Positions 1 to 8,742 of a DNA stretch of 60,827 nucleotides are shown piece after piece. The notes beneath the pieces were generated by a model. That model did not search any database, was not told where the DNA came from, and saw nothing but the letters and a program-made list of their open reading frames with translations. The stretch lies in the NCBI GenBank assembly GCA_964640545.1, contig CAZXHL010000002.1, forward strand, positions 1-60,827, written 5' to 3'. This stretch comes from an uncultured Bacteriovorax sp. GTDB lineage: Bacteria; Bdellovibrionota; UBA2428. Position numbers and translations under genes: made by a program. Every line of letters begins with the position of its first letter. Positions within the stretch are counted from its first letter, which is position 1.

Positions 1-2
1 TG

Positions 3-1457
3 GCCTACATTCAGGCATTCCCAGCAAAAGTTGGTGATTCTGAATCTGTGAAAGTTTTGTTTCAGTTGAGATCATTTGTGGATCCTACAGTGCTAGGAAC
101 AGGAAATGATCTAGTCATCGATTTCCCGATTACAGGTGGAGACACCCTATTTCGTTCCAAGAGCGCAGGTCGGGTGATCATTCCCAAAACCTATCTATCG
201 GCTAACGACATTCGAGAATATGTCGGAGCACCGATCAACCTGAATGTTAAGCAGGCAGACCTCGGCGATGTTTTGAAATTCTTATCCGTGAAGTCTGGCA
301 AGAACTTTGTTCTAAGTGCTGGCGTAGGATCAGATAAAAAAGTTACTGTTGGCTTGAACAACGTTCCTTGGGATCAGGCTTTGGCTATTATCCTTTTCAA
401 CCAGGGGCTTGGTTATCAAGACTTAGACAACGTATATCGAGTGGCGACCGTAACAGAGCTTCAAGCCGAAATTGAAACGGCGAAGCAAGCTCAAGAAAAA
501 AGCAAAGCTCTCGTCCAGATCGAAACTAGGCTTTTCCCAATGAGTTACACCAAGGGGGAGGACATCCTAGCCAACGCCAAAGACTTTTTGACTGAGAGAG
601 GCAAGATTTCTGTAGATAAGAGAAGTAACACGGTGGTCGCTACGGACATTCCTGAGGTTTTAGAAAAAATTGATCGCTATGTTCGCTCTATCGACAAGCA
701 AACTCCGCAAGTCAGAATTGAGTCTCGAATTGTCGAAGCCTCTGAAGACTTTTCACGAAGTCAGGGCTTCTTTTGGAGTCTAGGAGACGATCCTAGAGCA
801 TCATTTGGTAACTTAAACGCCGGAACGTCAACGCCTACGACCGGAACGTCTTCGTTTAGTTGGGCGACCATTGGTGGTTTAGGTGCTGTCGACGCTCTAC
901 TAAATCTTGCCGAGACCAAGTCGCAATCGCGGACAATCGCGAGTCCATCGGTCACTGTACTTGCGAACGAAACTGCCAACATCAACCAAGGTATCTCGGT
1001 TCTTTCTGAAACGCTCGACGAAGAAGGTAATACGATCTCAGAGTTTGTTCCCATTACTACGGGGCTTGAAGTTACGCCTCAAGTAACAGCGGATGGTTTT
1101 GTCGTTCTTGATGTCGACTTAAAACGAGACATTCAGACTGGAGCTGATGCCAGGTCGGTTGGTACCCGTTCCGTCCAAACTAAGTTGATAGTTGAAAGCG
1201 GAAAAACAGTTGTACTTGGTGGTTTGTATCGCTTGGATAAAAACCAAACGACGTCTGGCTTGCCTTGGCTTAAAGACATCCCAGTATTTGGCTTTCTATT
1301 CACGAACGAAAAAAGTCTTACTGAAACTACGAATGAACTTTTGATGTTTATTTCTCCGACGATTTTAAACAGAGGTCTTTCTCAGGTTTCTGGGAATTCT
1401 TCGCTTAGTGACGGGGGATTTAACGCTGATTCAGACCCAGGCGCAAACGCCAGATAG
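3..1457 (+). CDS. pilQ: Type IV pilus secretin PilQ, 5' end off-window
   Basis: The reading frame is open from nt 3, with no stop upstream of the listed GTG at 48. It has secretin N-domain repeats and the C-terminal secretin signature GLPWLKDIPVFGFLF...ELLMFISPTI. Confidence 0.85.
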   Translation, partial: AYIQAFPAKVGDSESVKVLFQLRSFVDPTVLGTGNDLVIDFPITGGDTLFRSKSAGRVIIPKTYLSANDIREYVGAPINLNVKQADLGDVLKFLSVKSGKNFVLSAGVGSDKKVTVGLNNVPWDQALAIILFNQGLGYQDLDNVYRVATVTELQAEIETAKQAQEKSKALVQIETRLFPMSYTKGEDILANAKDFLTERGKISVDKRSNTVVATDIPEVLEKIDRYVRSIDKQTPQVRIESRIVEASEDFSRSQGFFWSLGDDPRASFGNLNAGTSTPTTGTSSFSWATIGGLGAVDALLNLAETKSQSRTIASPSVTVLANETANINQGISVLSETLDEEGNTISEFVPITTGLEVTPQVTADGFVVLDVDLKRDIQTGADARSVGTRSVQTKLIVESGKTVVLGGLYRLDKNQTTSGLPWLKDIPVFGFLFTNEKSLTETTNELLMFISPTILNRGLSQVSGNSSLSDGGFNADSDPGANAR

Positions 1458-1543
1458 TGCTTAGGAGGCCCCAGGCTAAAGGAGTCTCGAAGACGTCAAA
1501 TAGCTGGCTACACTTTTTTGCACTGCTTCGTTAGTATGATCTT

Positions 1544-2002
1544 GTGTACATGATTTGGGCTTTTCAAATTTTACTTGATGTTTGTCTCGTGGCTCTTGCT
1601 GTAGCGTATATTCTGCAGGGCAGGCGATTGCTTGCTTTGGAGAAGGACCTGCGCAGGACTCTGCAGAAACTGGCAACTCGGGAAAATAATGACACATCTG
1701 TCATTCGGGAAAGTGCAAAGGAAGTCATAGCAGTAGCTAGCTCTGAAATAGAGGCGATCAATACGCCGCTGGGGGAGACAACCTCCACGCTTTCTGAGCG
1801 AAAGGCATCTGACATGCGTGCCGAAGAAGTCAATCATTCTATAGCCTTATCGCAATCATCGAAGTATGCGCTGGCTAGAAAATTATTGGCCGAAGGCCTT
1901 CCTTTGAACTCCGTTGCTCAAAAATCTGGACTCAGTGAAGCAGAGCTCGCACTCCTCGGAAAAATATCATCAAGCGTTCACAGAAATAACAGGCTGCATT
2001 AA
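1544..2002 (+). CDS. Hypothetical membrane protein (DUF2802-like tail)
   Basis: It has an N-terminal TM helix (IWAFQILLDVCLVALAVAYIL) and a C-terminal motif GLSEAELALLGKI like DUF2802-type proteins. The start could be GTG 1544 or ATG 1550. Confidence 0.4.
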   Translation: MYMIWAFQILLDVCLVALAVAYILQGRRLLALEKDLRRTLQKLATRENNDTSVIRESAKEVIAVASSEIEAINTPLGETTSTLSERKASDMRAEEVNHSIALSQSSKYALARKLLAEGLPLNSVAQKSGLSEAELALLGKISSSVHRNNRLH

Positions 2003-2060
2003 CCTTTTTTTGCTGCAGAGTGGTCTTGACTTTGTAGAGACTGCTGACTAGAAGCGTCAA

Positions 2061-2195
2061 ATGCGAAGTTTAATGCCTGAAGGGCAGGAGTGGATTGTAA
2101 TCGCTACAATCGTTCTTCTCTTATTTGCTTCTGAGTTCGGAACTAAGTTATTAACTTTGTTCCGGAAAAAGAAGCAAGCAAAAGGCAGCCGCTAG
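2061..2195 (+). CDS. Possible 44-aa single-TM small protein (weakly TatA-like)
   Basis: My own translation gives MRSLMPEGQEWIVIATIVLLLFASEFGTKLLTLFRKKKQAKGSR with stop TAG at 2193-2195. It has a hydrophobic helix followed by a basic tail and is too short for the ORF track. The RBS is weak. Confidence 0.25.
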   Translation: MRSLMPEGQEWIVIATIVLLLFASEFGTKLLTLFRKKKQAKGSR

Positions 2196-2203
2196 CTAGA
2201 GGC

Positions 2204-2229
2204 CTTAAAAACAAGTGTTTTTAAGGCTG
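2204..2229 (+). terminator. Perfect 11-bp stem hairpin after the small ORF, no U-tract
   Basis: GCCTTAAAAAC (2204-2214), loop AAGT, GTTTTTAAGGC (2219-2229). It is not followed by a T run. Confidence 0.3.
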
Positions 2230-2465
2230 AAAGTCGCCAAGTTTAAAAGAAAGCTCTTGTAAATACAGAGCATTGGTGGCTAAAAGGTGGCTGAAGCGTT
2301 GCGAAAATGCAGCGCATGGTTTTATCGATCTTTGTATCGGATTTCCGAGCATCGAACAAAAACCAGCCTGGCCTTAAGCCGTTGGTTCAGACAGGAGTGT
2401 TTGAGTTAACAAAAGAAATATAAGGCGCGAGCCGGAAAGATCGTAGATCGAAGGGGGAAACGAAA

Positions 2466-3134
2466 ATGAACGAAGGGAATAACATGGAAGTGACAGGAGT
2501 TCAAAACAACACGACTGCAACAAACGGAAGCAATTTGGGAGCAGCACCATTAGATAATTCTGCTGAAACAAATGCACGTGCTCAAAATGTGAAAGTGATC
2601 AAGCGTTACCAAAACCGTAAGCTTTATGACACACACCAAAGCTGTTACGTCACACTCGATGAAATTGCAGACATGATCATGCGCGGAGAAGAGGTTGTCG
2701 TTGTTGATAATCGCACTAAGAAAGACATCACTTCTAGCACTTTGACTCAGATTATTTTCGAAAAGCAAAAGCGCTCGAAATCAATCATTCCTGTAAGCAC
2801 TTTGCGTGACATCATCCAAGTTGGCGGTGGTACGTTCTCTGGCTTTTTGGCGAAAACAGCGGAAAGTGGAACTAGCGTATTGAGCAAAGCGAAAGCTGAC
2901 CTTGAGAAAAGTTTTGCAAACGAAGAGAACCTTCGTGGAACTTTTTTGGTAACTCAAAGAGCTGCTGAAGACCTCAGAAGAGCGATCGACGAGAAAGCTC
3001 AAAACTCTGGCCTTAGCCGCGAAGCTTTGACCGCGACTCAGACGCAACTTCAAAACTTGAACAGCCAACTTTCAAATCTTGAAAAGTTGATTGAAGTTTT
3101 CGAAGCTCGTTCGCTAGCTAACGCTGGCGCGTAA
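2466..3134 (+). CDS. phaR: Polyhydroxyalkanoate synthesis repressor PhaR
   Basis: The N-terminal block VIKRYQNRKLYDTHQSCYVTLDEIADMI matches the PhaR DNA-binding signature (KKYxNRRLYDT..S.YVTL), followed by a coiled-coil C-terminus. Confidence 0.75.
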   Translation: MNEGNNMEVTGVQNNTTATNGSNLGAAPLDNSAETNARAQNVKVIKRYQNRKLYDTHQSCYVTLDEIADMIMRGEEVVVVDNRTKKDITSSTLTQIIFEKQKRSKSIIPVSTLRDIIQVGGGTFSGFLAKTAESGTSVLSKAKADLEKSFANEENLRGTFLVTQRAAEDLRRAIDEKAQNSGLSREALTATQTQLQNLNSQLSNLEKLIEVFEARSLANAGA

Positions 3135-3195
3135 TGCGCTAATGCTGGCTTGAGTTTGCTGATGCAAGCTTAGGGTTGCAAATGTATAAAAACTT

Positions 3196-3227
3196 AAGGC
3201 TGATTCCTTGGGGAGTCAGCCTTTTTT
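3196..3227 (+). terminator. Rho-independent terminator after phaR
   Basis: AAGGCTGATTCC, loop TTGG, GGAGTCAGCCTT, followed by TTTTTT. Confidence 0.6.
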
Positions 3228-3283
3228 GTTTTCTAAATTCAAGGGCGAGAATCCGCGGGTAAAATTTTGTGGGACAGTGCCAG

Positions 3284-3847
3284 CTAGAAGTCTTCTTCGA
3301 GGGTTTTGTTGATGAGGTTTAGGGCTTCTTGCTCCTGACTTTTCTGAAGAAGGGTGCGAATTTTCTTCAATCGATCAACGTTTCTTGTTTGCTTCTCATT
3401 CAAGCTATTCATGGCCCGGTTGTAGGTCCCAGCTAGGGAGTGAAATTCATCTCCCCTTCTTAAGGTGATGTTTTGGGTGGAGCCATTGGCGCTCAAGTCT
3501 TGAAGTCGCTTTTTTAGGGCGAATACGGGACCAGCTATTTTTTGAGTGTAAACCACTCCAAGAACGAAAATTGTACCCATAAACAAAACCCAATTACTCA
3601 TGATGGCTAAAGAGAGAGTGCTGAATTCAGCCCTCAATTTGTCGACCATTTCTGGCATGTGCAATAAGGCATTTTGAATCAACATTTCATAGCTAAGCTT
3701 GATGAAAAAGAGAGCAAGGCCCGTGAAGATCGCGAACAAGATGCCGGAAATCAGACAAAGCTTAAAAGTGAAGCGATATTGAAAGTCCTTCTCTACGAGG
3801 TATTTCTTTCTTCTTTTGTAGGTAGGCCTTGGTATTGTTGATCTCAT
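3284..3847 (-). CDS. Two-TM membrane protein with HAMP-like linker
   Basis: It has two hydrophobic helices (LCLISGILFAIFTGLALFFI and WVLFMGTIFVLGVVY), then a HAMP-like segment IAGPVFALKKRLQDLS...GDEFHSLAGTYNRAMNSL. ATG 3847 overlaps the upstream stop (ATGA). Confidence 0.5.
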   Translation of the reverse strand: MRSTIPRPTYKRRKKYLVEKDFQYRFTFKLCLISGILFAIFTGLALFFIKLSYEMLIQNALLHMPEMVDKLRAEFSTLSLAIMSNWVLFMGTIFVLGVVYTQKIAGPVFALKKRLQDLSANGSTQNITLRRGDEFHSLAGTYNRAMNSLNEKQTRNVDRLKKIRTLLQKSQEQEALNLINKTLEEDF

Positions 3848-5079
3848 TCTGGCGGGCACTCCTCAAGTCCTGCGGCTGTAGCATGTAGCTTGGCAAGAAA
3901 GTGATAGATGTATTTTCCATCGAGTTCTTCTCTGGGGCAAGTATTCCTGATTTTTGAGAAGGGACGTTCTGAGCAGGGGTCCGAGAGCTGGCCAAGAGGC
4001 TCTAGGGCTCCGCCTGGCTGATTGAGGTTCTTCCATTGGGCGCGTGCACCTAGTTTCTCATGGATCCGTATAAAGCCTCCAATGGGCAATCCATCGATGA
4101 GGTAGAGAACGGGTTCGGCCGCAACTTTCGACTCTGGATCTGAGGGGTCTCTGAGATATTCAAGTGCCGTAGGAATAGCCTCCTGAAGAATGATTTCGGA
4201 AATGGGAACGGCTTCTTTTCCTTTGCGCATCTTGTTTTGGTCAGACCGATTGAGTTCGAGAATGGCTTCTGGGGTGTCGACTTGAAGAACGCCCATGCCG
4301 TAGGTTCCAGCATTGTTTTTGACGAAAATTGAAGGTGCATCCGCGATCCCACGTTCTTTGTATTCTTGCCTCAGATCTTCGAAAAGAATTTTAGCTTCAT
4401 TGTAAAGTCGTCTACGATCGTCGGAATCTTCCACATTGATATTTGTTATTGTTTTGGCACGAGCACGGAAATACCACGGGTCGAAAAATTCAAATTTTTT
4501 ATCCAGAGAATTAAGGAGAGCATCGATGATCTCGAAGTGCATGCTCTTTCTTCTTTTGTACCAACCAAGTTGCGGGCTTGGAAACACGGGAAGTTTGTTG
4601 TCTTCTAAAAACTTAGGGAGGCCTCCACTTAAATCATGATTGAGAACTAGGGCATCTGCTCCAGCTAGGGCTTCTTCGACGGGGAGATATTCAATATCAA
4701 AACCGTTTCGAGTCTTCACTGTCCAAGCCTTTGGAATGGGGGGGCCGCTCCAAGCGACTCGCACTTTGGCGCCGGCCTTCTCGAGAATGGTACAGATGCC
4801 TGCAAGATTTTCGAGGTAGCCTTGGTTGTTGGTGTGGGCCTCTGGAATAACGGTGATGTTCCAGGGAGATGTGGTCATGAGTTTGGCGGACAAATATTGC
4901 CCCATTCGAACGGAGGCACGAAGCTTGTCGTCCTCACTTAACAGGTTGAAGCCGGCGGGGAAAAGATTGACGTCAACGGCGCAAACTTTCCACCCACTAT
5001 CTCGAACGTCGATAGAAGAATAAATAGGGTATCCACAACTTGAGGTAAACTTTCGCAGCTCGGCTAGAACCGAGTCCAT
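3844..5079 (-). CDS. Glutamate-cysteine ligase-like protein (rare T. ferrooxidans-type GshA family), tentative
   Basis: The N-terminal block SIDVRDSGWKVCAVDVNLFPAGFNLL resembles, from my memory, the TIGR02049-type gamma-glutamylcysteine synthetases. I trimmed the start to ATG 5079 to remove overlap with the upstream gene. Confidence 0.4.
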   Translation of the reverse strand: MDSVLAELRKFTSSCGYPIYSSIDVRDSGWKVCAVDVNLFPAGFNLLSEDDKLRASVRMGQYLSAKLMTTSPWNITVIPEAHTNNQGYLENLAGICTILEKAGAKVRVAWSGPPIPKAWTVKTRNGFDIEYLPVEEALAGADALVLNHDLSGGLPKFLEDNKLPVFPSPQLGWYKRRKSMHFEIIDALLNSLDKKFEFFDPWYFRARAKTITNINVEDSDDRRRLYNEAKILFEDLRQEYKERGIADAPSIFVKNNAGTYGMGVLQVDTPEAILELNRSDQNKMRKGKEAVPISEIILQEAIPTALEYLRDPSDPESKVAAEPVLYLIDGLPIGGFIRIHEKLGARAQWKNLNQPGGALEPLGQLSDPCSERPFSKIRNTCPREELDGKYIYHFLAKLHATAAGLEECPPE

Positions 5080-5087
5080 GTTGGTGA

Positions 5088-6191
5088 TCAAGTCTTTGAA
5101 AAACTGGTCTGATCCTGAGACTTCCATTTATTGAGAATATCCTTTCCAAGAGAGCGTAACATGGGCAGGCCCATTTCGGCATGCGAGAACGGTGCTATTT
5201 GAATTGTGGCATTTGCGATGGACTGAGAGTCAGATGAGATTGACTCGATAACGTTCTGTTGGCTTTTGTGACGCTCTTTCAAGTCGGCAGTGGCTTCTTT
5301 TCCGAGGTACCGTTCGAATTCTGGGCCCTGGGGGAATGGGCTGTCGGGAAGCGTACGATTGAGAATGAGAAGGTCGGCTTTATGGAGTTCATGGGCCCGC
5401 AGCTCCGAGCTCAGGAGTCTTGCTTCTTCAATGGGGTAGGACTCGGGGAGGCTAACGAGAATACTTTTGGTATTGTCTTGCCGGACCCACTCTTTTACGC
5501 CTTGGGCAGTTTCTCTGAGCGATTGGTGGACGGGGCGACTTTCGGAAAGAAGGCTAGAGAGTTCACCCATAAAGCCTTGGCCTAGAAAGCGCTTAAAGAT
5601 TTCTAGTGTTTGGGCTCGCGTGCTTGTGAAAAGTTTGTTCCAGAAGCCTGATTTTTTGGCCTCGGATTCGTCTTCTTTTAAGAAAAGCTTGAGAACGCTC
5701 TCATCAAAGAACTTCAATAGATGTTCGGGGCTTTCAAGGAAGTCGAGCGCGTGTCGGGAAGGTGGGGTATCCAAGATACAAATATCATACTCCCCTGAGT
5801 TTCCAAGTGTTAGGAGCTTGTCGACGGCCAAGTACTCTTCAATACCACCAAGTTGCTCTTGAATGATTTTGAAGAGGCGATTGTTGAGGATCTTTTCGGC
5901 AAGGCCAGGTGTCGAGATTTTTCTATGGATGAGGTCTGTGAAGGCCGACTTGTTGTCGAGCCAAAGAGCATCCATGGAGCCACCATTTTCAAAATCAATA
6001 ATTTTTTGCGCCTCGTTGGAAAGGCTTTCGAGTCCTAGCGCTTGGGCGAGTCTTTTGGCGGGATCAATAGTGATTACGACAGCTTTTAATCCACTTTCGG
6101 CAAGTCCTAGGCCTAGTGATGCCGAGCAACTTGTCTTCCCAACACCGCCAGATCCAAGGACCAAAACCAATTGTGAACGTTCTTGGGTCAT
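5088..6191 (-). CDS. ArsA/GET3-family P-loop ATPase
   Basis: Deviant Walker A LGSGGVGKTSCSASLG and the DTPP motif (ILDTPPSRHALDFL). Its start overlaps the upstream stop as ATGA (6188-6191). Confidence 0.7.
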   Translation of the reverse strand: MTQERSQLVLVLGSGGVGKTSCSASLGLGLAESGLKAVVITIDPAKRLAQALGLESLSNEAQKIIDFENGGSMDALWLDNKSAFTDLIHRKISTPGLAEKILNNRLFKIIQEQLGGIEEYLAVDKLLTLGNSGEYDICILDTPPSRHALDFLESPEHLLKFFDESVLKLFLKEDESEAKKSGFWNKLFTSTRAQTLEIFKRFLGQGFMGELSSLLSESRPVHQSLRETAQGVKEWVRQDNTKSILVSLPESYPIEEARLLSSELRAHELHKADLLILNRTLPDSPFPQGPEFERYLGKEATADLKERHKSQQNVIESISSDSQSIANATIQIAPFSHAEMGLPMLRSLGKDILNKWKSQDQTSFSKT

Positions 6192-7165
6192 CTCTTGAAG
6201 TCACTTTCTGAATGAAGCTTTACCATCTCACTAAGTTGAGAAAGCAACTCTTGGCTGTGGGGAACTTCGGGTAAATAGTTGAGAATGCGATCTTTGCTCA
6301 CGTCCGATTCAAAGGAGTGGATGAGTTCGCTTTCTAGTTCGGAACGCTCGACTTCAATCTCGACAATTCTTTTCCATTCCAGATCCTCAAGAGATTCTAT
6401 GGGGGCGGAGTTTTCTGCTTTTGGTTTAAGTCTATTGATCGTGTACAAAGGTGCAGGAATGTTGAGGGTCTCAAGGCCTTTCGCGAGGTCTTGAGCTTCT
6501 TTGAGAGGAAGTTCTTCTGGAGTAGCGACAATATAAAAGTTCGAAAGCTTCGGATTGGTCATGTAATCCATGATGCCCTTTGCCTGTTTGAATACGATTC
6601 CACTCCCAAAAACATCTATAAGGGCTTGGGTGCTTTTGAAGAGCATAAGGCAGTGTCCGGTCGAAGGAGCATCTACGACGACGTGTTTCCATCTGTGGTC
6701 ACTTTCGGGAACCAGGCCTTCCGTGCATTCATAGTGAACTTTACCTAATAGTGCAGCAGGTTCGAGTCCGGGACAAACATCAACAAATGCTGACACCACC
6801 TTATTGTCTAAAATGGTGTCTACGAATTTGCCCCGAAGCCCAGAGGTCAATTGTGCAAAGGTAGAGTCGTGCTGGCCCATTGAAAGTAGCAGGCTAAAAT
6901 ACTGCCGGAATGAAGACTTCGGCATGATCCTGCAGGCCCAGACGTGATTCATATCGCGAATGAATTTGATTTCAAAATTAGTTCGATCTTCCATTCCGAG
7001 AAGTGAAAGGGCATGGCCATTGCCTTGCATATCAATAAGCAATACCGGACCTTCATTTCGGTCAGAGAGTTTCTTAACGAGTGAGGCTGCGAGTGTCGAT
7101 TTACCAACGCCTCCTTTGCCTGTAATAAAATGTAGCTGTGTTGTTGAAAGTGTTTCCGACATCAT
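6188..7165 (-). CDS. ArsA/GET3-family P-loop ATPase (second paralog)
   Basis: Walker A TGKGGVGKSTLAASL and VVVDAPSTGHCLMLF. Confidence 0.7.
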   Translation of the reverse strand: MMSETLSTTQLHFITGKGGVGKSTLAASLVKKLSDRNEGPVLLIDMQGNGHALSLLGMEDRTNFEIKFIRDMNHVWACRIMPKSSFRQYFSLLLSMGQHDSTFAQLTSGLRGKFVDTILDNKVVSAFVDVCPGLEPAALLGKVHYECTEGLVPESDHRWKHVVVDAPSTGHCLMLFKSTQALIDVFGSGIVFKQAKGIMDYMTNPKLSNFYIVATPEELPLKEAQDLAKGLETLNIPAPLYTINRLKPKAENSAPIESLEDLEWKRIVEIEVERSELESELIHSFESDVSKDRILNYLPEVPHSQELLSQLSEMVKLHSESDFKR

Positions 7166-7170
7166 CTGAC

Positions 7171-7935
7171 CTAGGCGCGCCGTTTAACCTCGGAAGGAAT
7201 CCGATCGTATAATGGTGTTTCGAGAATAGCGGTAATGGCTTGGAGAACTCTCTTCGCTCTTAATAGTCCCGCATGACCAACTCCATCGAAATAAAGGTTG
7301 GGAACGTCTGGGAGTATGGTGTCTTTGTTGGTTGTGACGATATCGAGTGTGCCTCTTAGATTCCAATAATGAATCTTGCCAGGCAGAGGTTTCTCTTTGA
7401 TTCTTTTCATGAGAGGGGCTTCGGGAGCTAAATCTCTGATGCAGCGAGGATACGGGGAGCGATACATGATGTTTCCTTGGTGAGGAACTCCGAGAAAGAG
7501 AACTTTATCTATCTTTGAAGCAAAATCGAGGTCCTGCAAGGCAACTCTGAGAATCACACCACCCAACGAGTGTGCGACAATGCGAACTTTCCCTGGGCGA
7601 TCCGAGGCGAGGTGGGCTCGATAAGTTTCATCAACTCTCGCCTTGAGTTGGTCCGCCATGGTTTCAATCCGATCCACAGATGTCCACAGCTCAATCGTTT
7701 CAATGTTCTTAAAGTTGTTTTTTCTAAGAGTCCGTTCAATCGCATAAAAGGCAGACGAATTGTGAAAAATTCCGTGTACAAAGAGTACTGGGCAATGATG
7801 TTCAATGCGTAGAACTTCTTCGCTGATGCACTGTCTGCGGAGCATTGAGTTAAGCCTGCCGAAGCCCCAACCCACAGGGTGTAAGGTGGTTACGCTAAAT
7901 GTGCGTAAACTTTCTGCGATAAGTCTCCAAAACAT
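7171..7935 (-). CDS. Alpha/beta-hydrolase, lipase/esterase-like
   Basis: Nucleophile elbow IVAHSLGGVIL and the oxyanion-type segment VLFVHGIF. It ends 5 nt upstream of the ArsA-like gene start. Confidence 0.6.
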   Translation of the reverse strand: MFWRLIAESLRTFSVTTLHPVGWGFGRLNSMLRRQCISEEVLRIEHHCPVLFVHGIFHNSSAFYAIERTLRKNNFKNIETIELWTSVDRIETMADQLKARVDETYRAHLASDRPGKVRIVAHSLGGVILRVALQDLDFASKIDKVLFLGVPHQGNIMYRSPYPRCIRDLAPEAPLMKRIKEKPLPGKIHYWNLRGTLDIVTTNKDTILPDVPNLYFDGVGHAGLLRAKRVLQAITAILETPLYDRIPSEVKRRA

Positions 7936-8118
7936 CGACTCTGAGTCTAATCTCTAATCTCGTCTATTGGCTAGCAGTGTTTGTAGACACTTTGGTTGCA
8001 ATTTGTCGGTTTCGGCGAAAATTGGCGCTTTGATGCTTCACGTCGATAACTCTTATCTTTGGAGCTTTTTTCCTGGGAAATGATGCCTAGAATGAAGGTT
8101 CGAAAATAGGAGGTCTAC

Positions 8119-8718
8119 ATGGCTAAAAAATTGGGATTGTTAGTTGGAATATTGATGATGGGATTAGGCGCTTGTGGACATCGCGAGTTTACCGAGGGTG
8201 AATATGATGACGTCAACGAAGTTAGGCATTTGGATGATAAGTTCAATGAGTCTGATGCGAAAGAATTGATTGTAGATATGATCGGATCAATGGCAGAGCA
8301 TCCTATTTTTAAGGACGCAAGAGTGCCTCCAATTGTTCAAGTCGAGGGAGTTCGAAACAAAACTTCAGAGCATGTAGATACTAAAGCTCTCACAGATTCT
8401 CTTAGAACGGCTTTGATCAAGACCGGTAAAGTCAGATTTTCTAACAAAGAAGATAGGTCGATCTTGGCGGATGAAATTGACTATCAACATGGATCAGGGC
8501 GAGTCAGAAGAGATACAAGAAAAGCCAAAATGGGAGCTATTGGAGCTGACTATATTCTTACGGGTGACTTGATTTCCAATGTGCAGCAAGTTGGCGGAAA
8601 AAAACTCATTTATTACCGTCTCACTCTTAACCTCACAAACATCACGACGGGATTGCTTGAGTGGTCTGATGAAAAGCCAATTCGTAAGCGTTTCAAAAAA
8701 CGCAGCGTTGGACTGTGA
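8119..8718 (+). CDS. LpoB-family (COG3417) lipoprotein, penicillin-binding protein activator-like
   Basis: Lipobox GLGAC. The core pattern VEGVRNKTSEHVDTKALTDSLRTALIKTGKV...GADYILTGDL...LTNITTGLLEWS is like LpoB. A strong RBS AGGAGG lies upstream. Confidence 0.6.
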   Translation: MAKKLGLLVGILMMGLGACGHREFTEGEYDDVNEVRHLDDKFNESDAKELIVDMIGSMAEHPIFKDARVPPIVQVEGVRNKTSEHVDTKALTDSLRTALIKTGKVRFSNKEDRSILADEIDYQHGSGRVRRDTRKAKMGAIGADYILTGDLISNVQQVGGKKLIYYRLTLNLTNITTGLLEWSDEKPIRKRFKKRSVGL

Positions 8719-8742
8719 GGAACATTCTCTAGGATTTATTGA

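Noticed and set aside
5259-6198. Several plus-strand ORFs (108-131 aa) overlapping the ArsA-like gene, and similar antisense ORFs inside pilQ, hisS (33124-33657), aspS, and the paralog genes (52386-53346, 55575-56217).
   Set aside because: They lie entirely within longer ORFs that carry clear family motifs on the other strand. They have low-complexity or unbiased composition and no start context. They are shadow ORFs.
8040-8118. GGTTCGAAA near 8098, checked as a possible tRNA T-arm. All other intergenic gaps were also scanned for tRNA or rRNA.
   Set aside because: No cloverleaf can be drawn (no acceptor or anticodon stems). The segment is the RBS region of the lpoB-like gene. No RNA gene is supported anywhere in the window.
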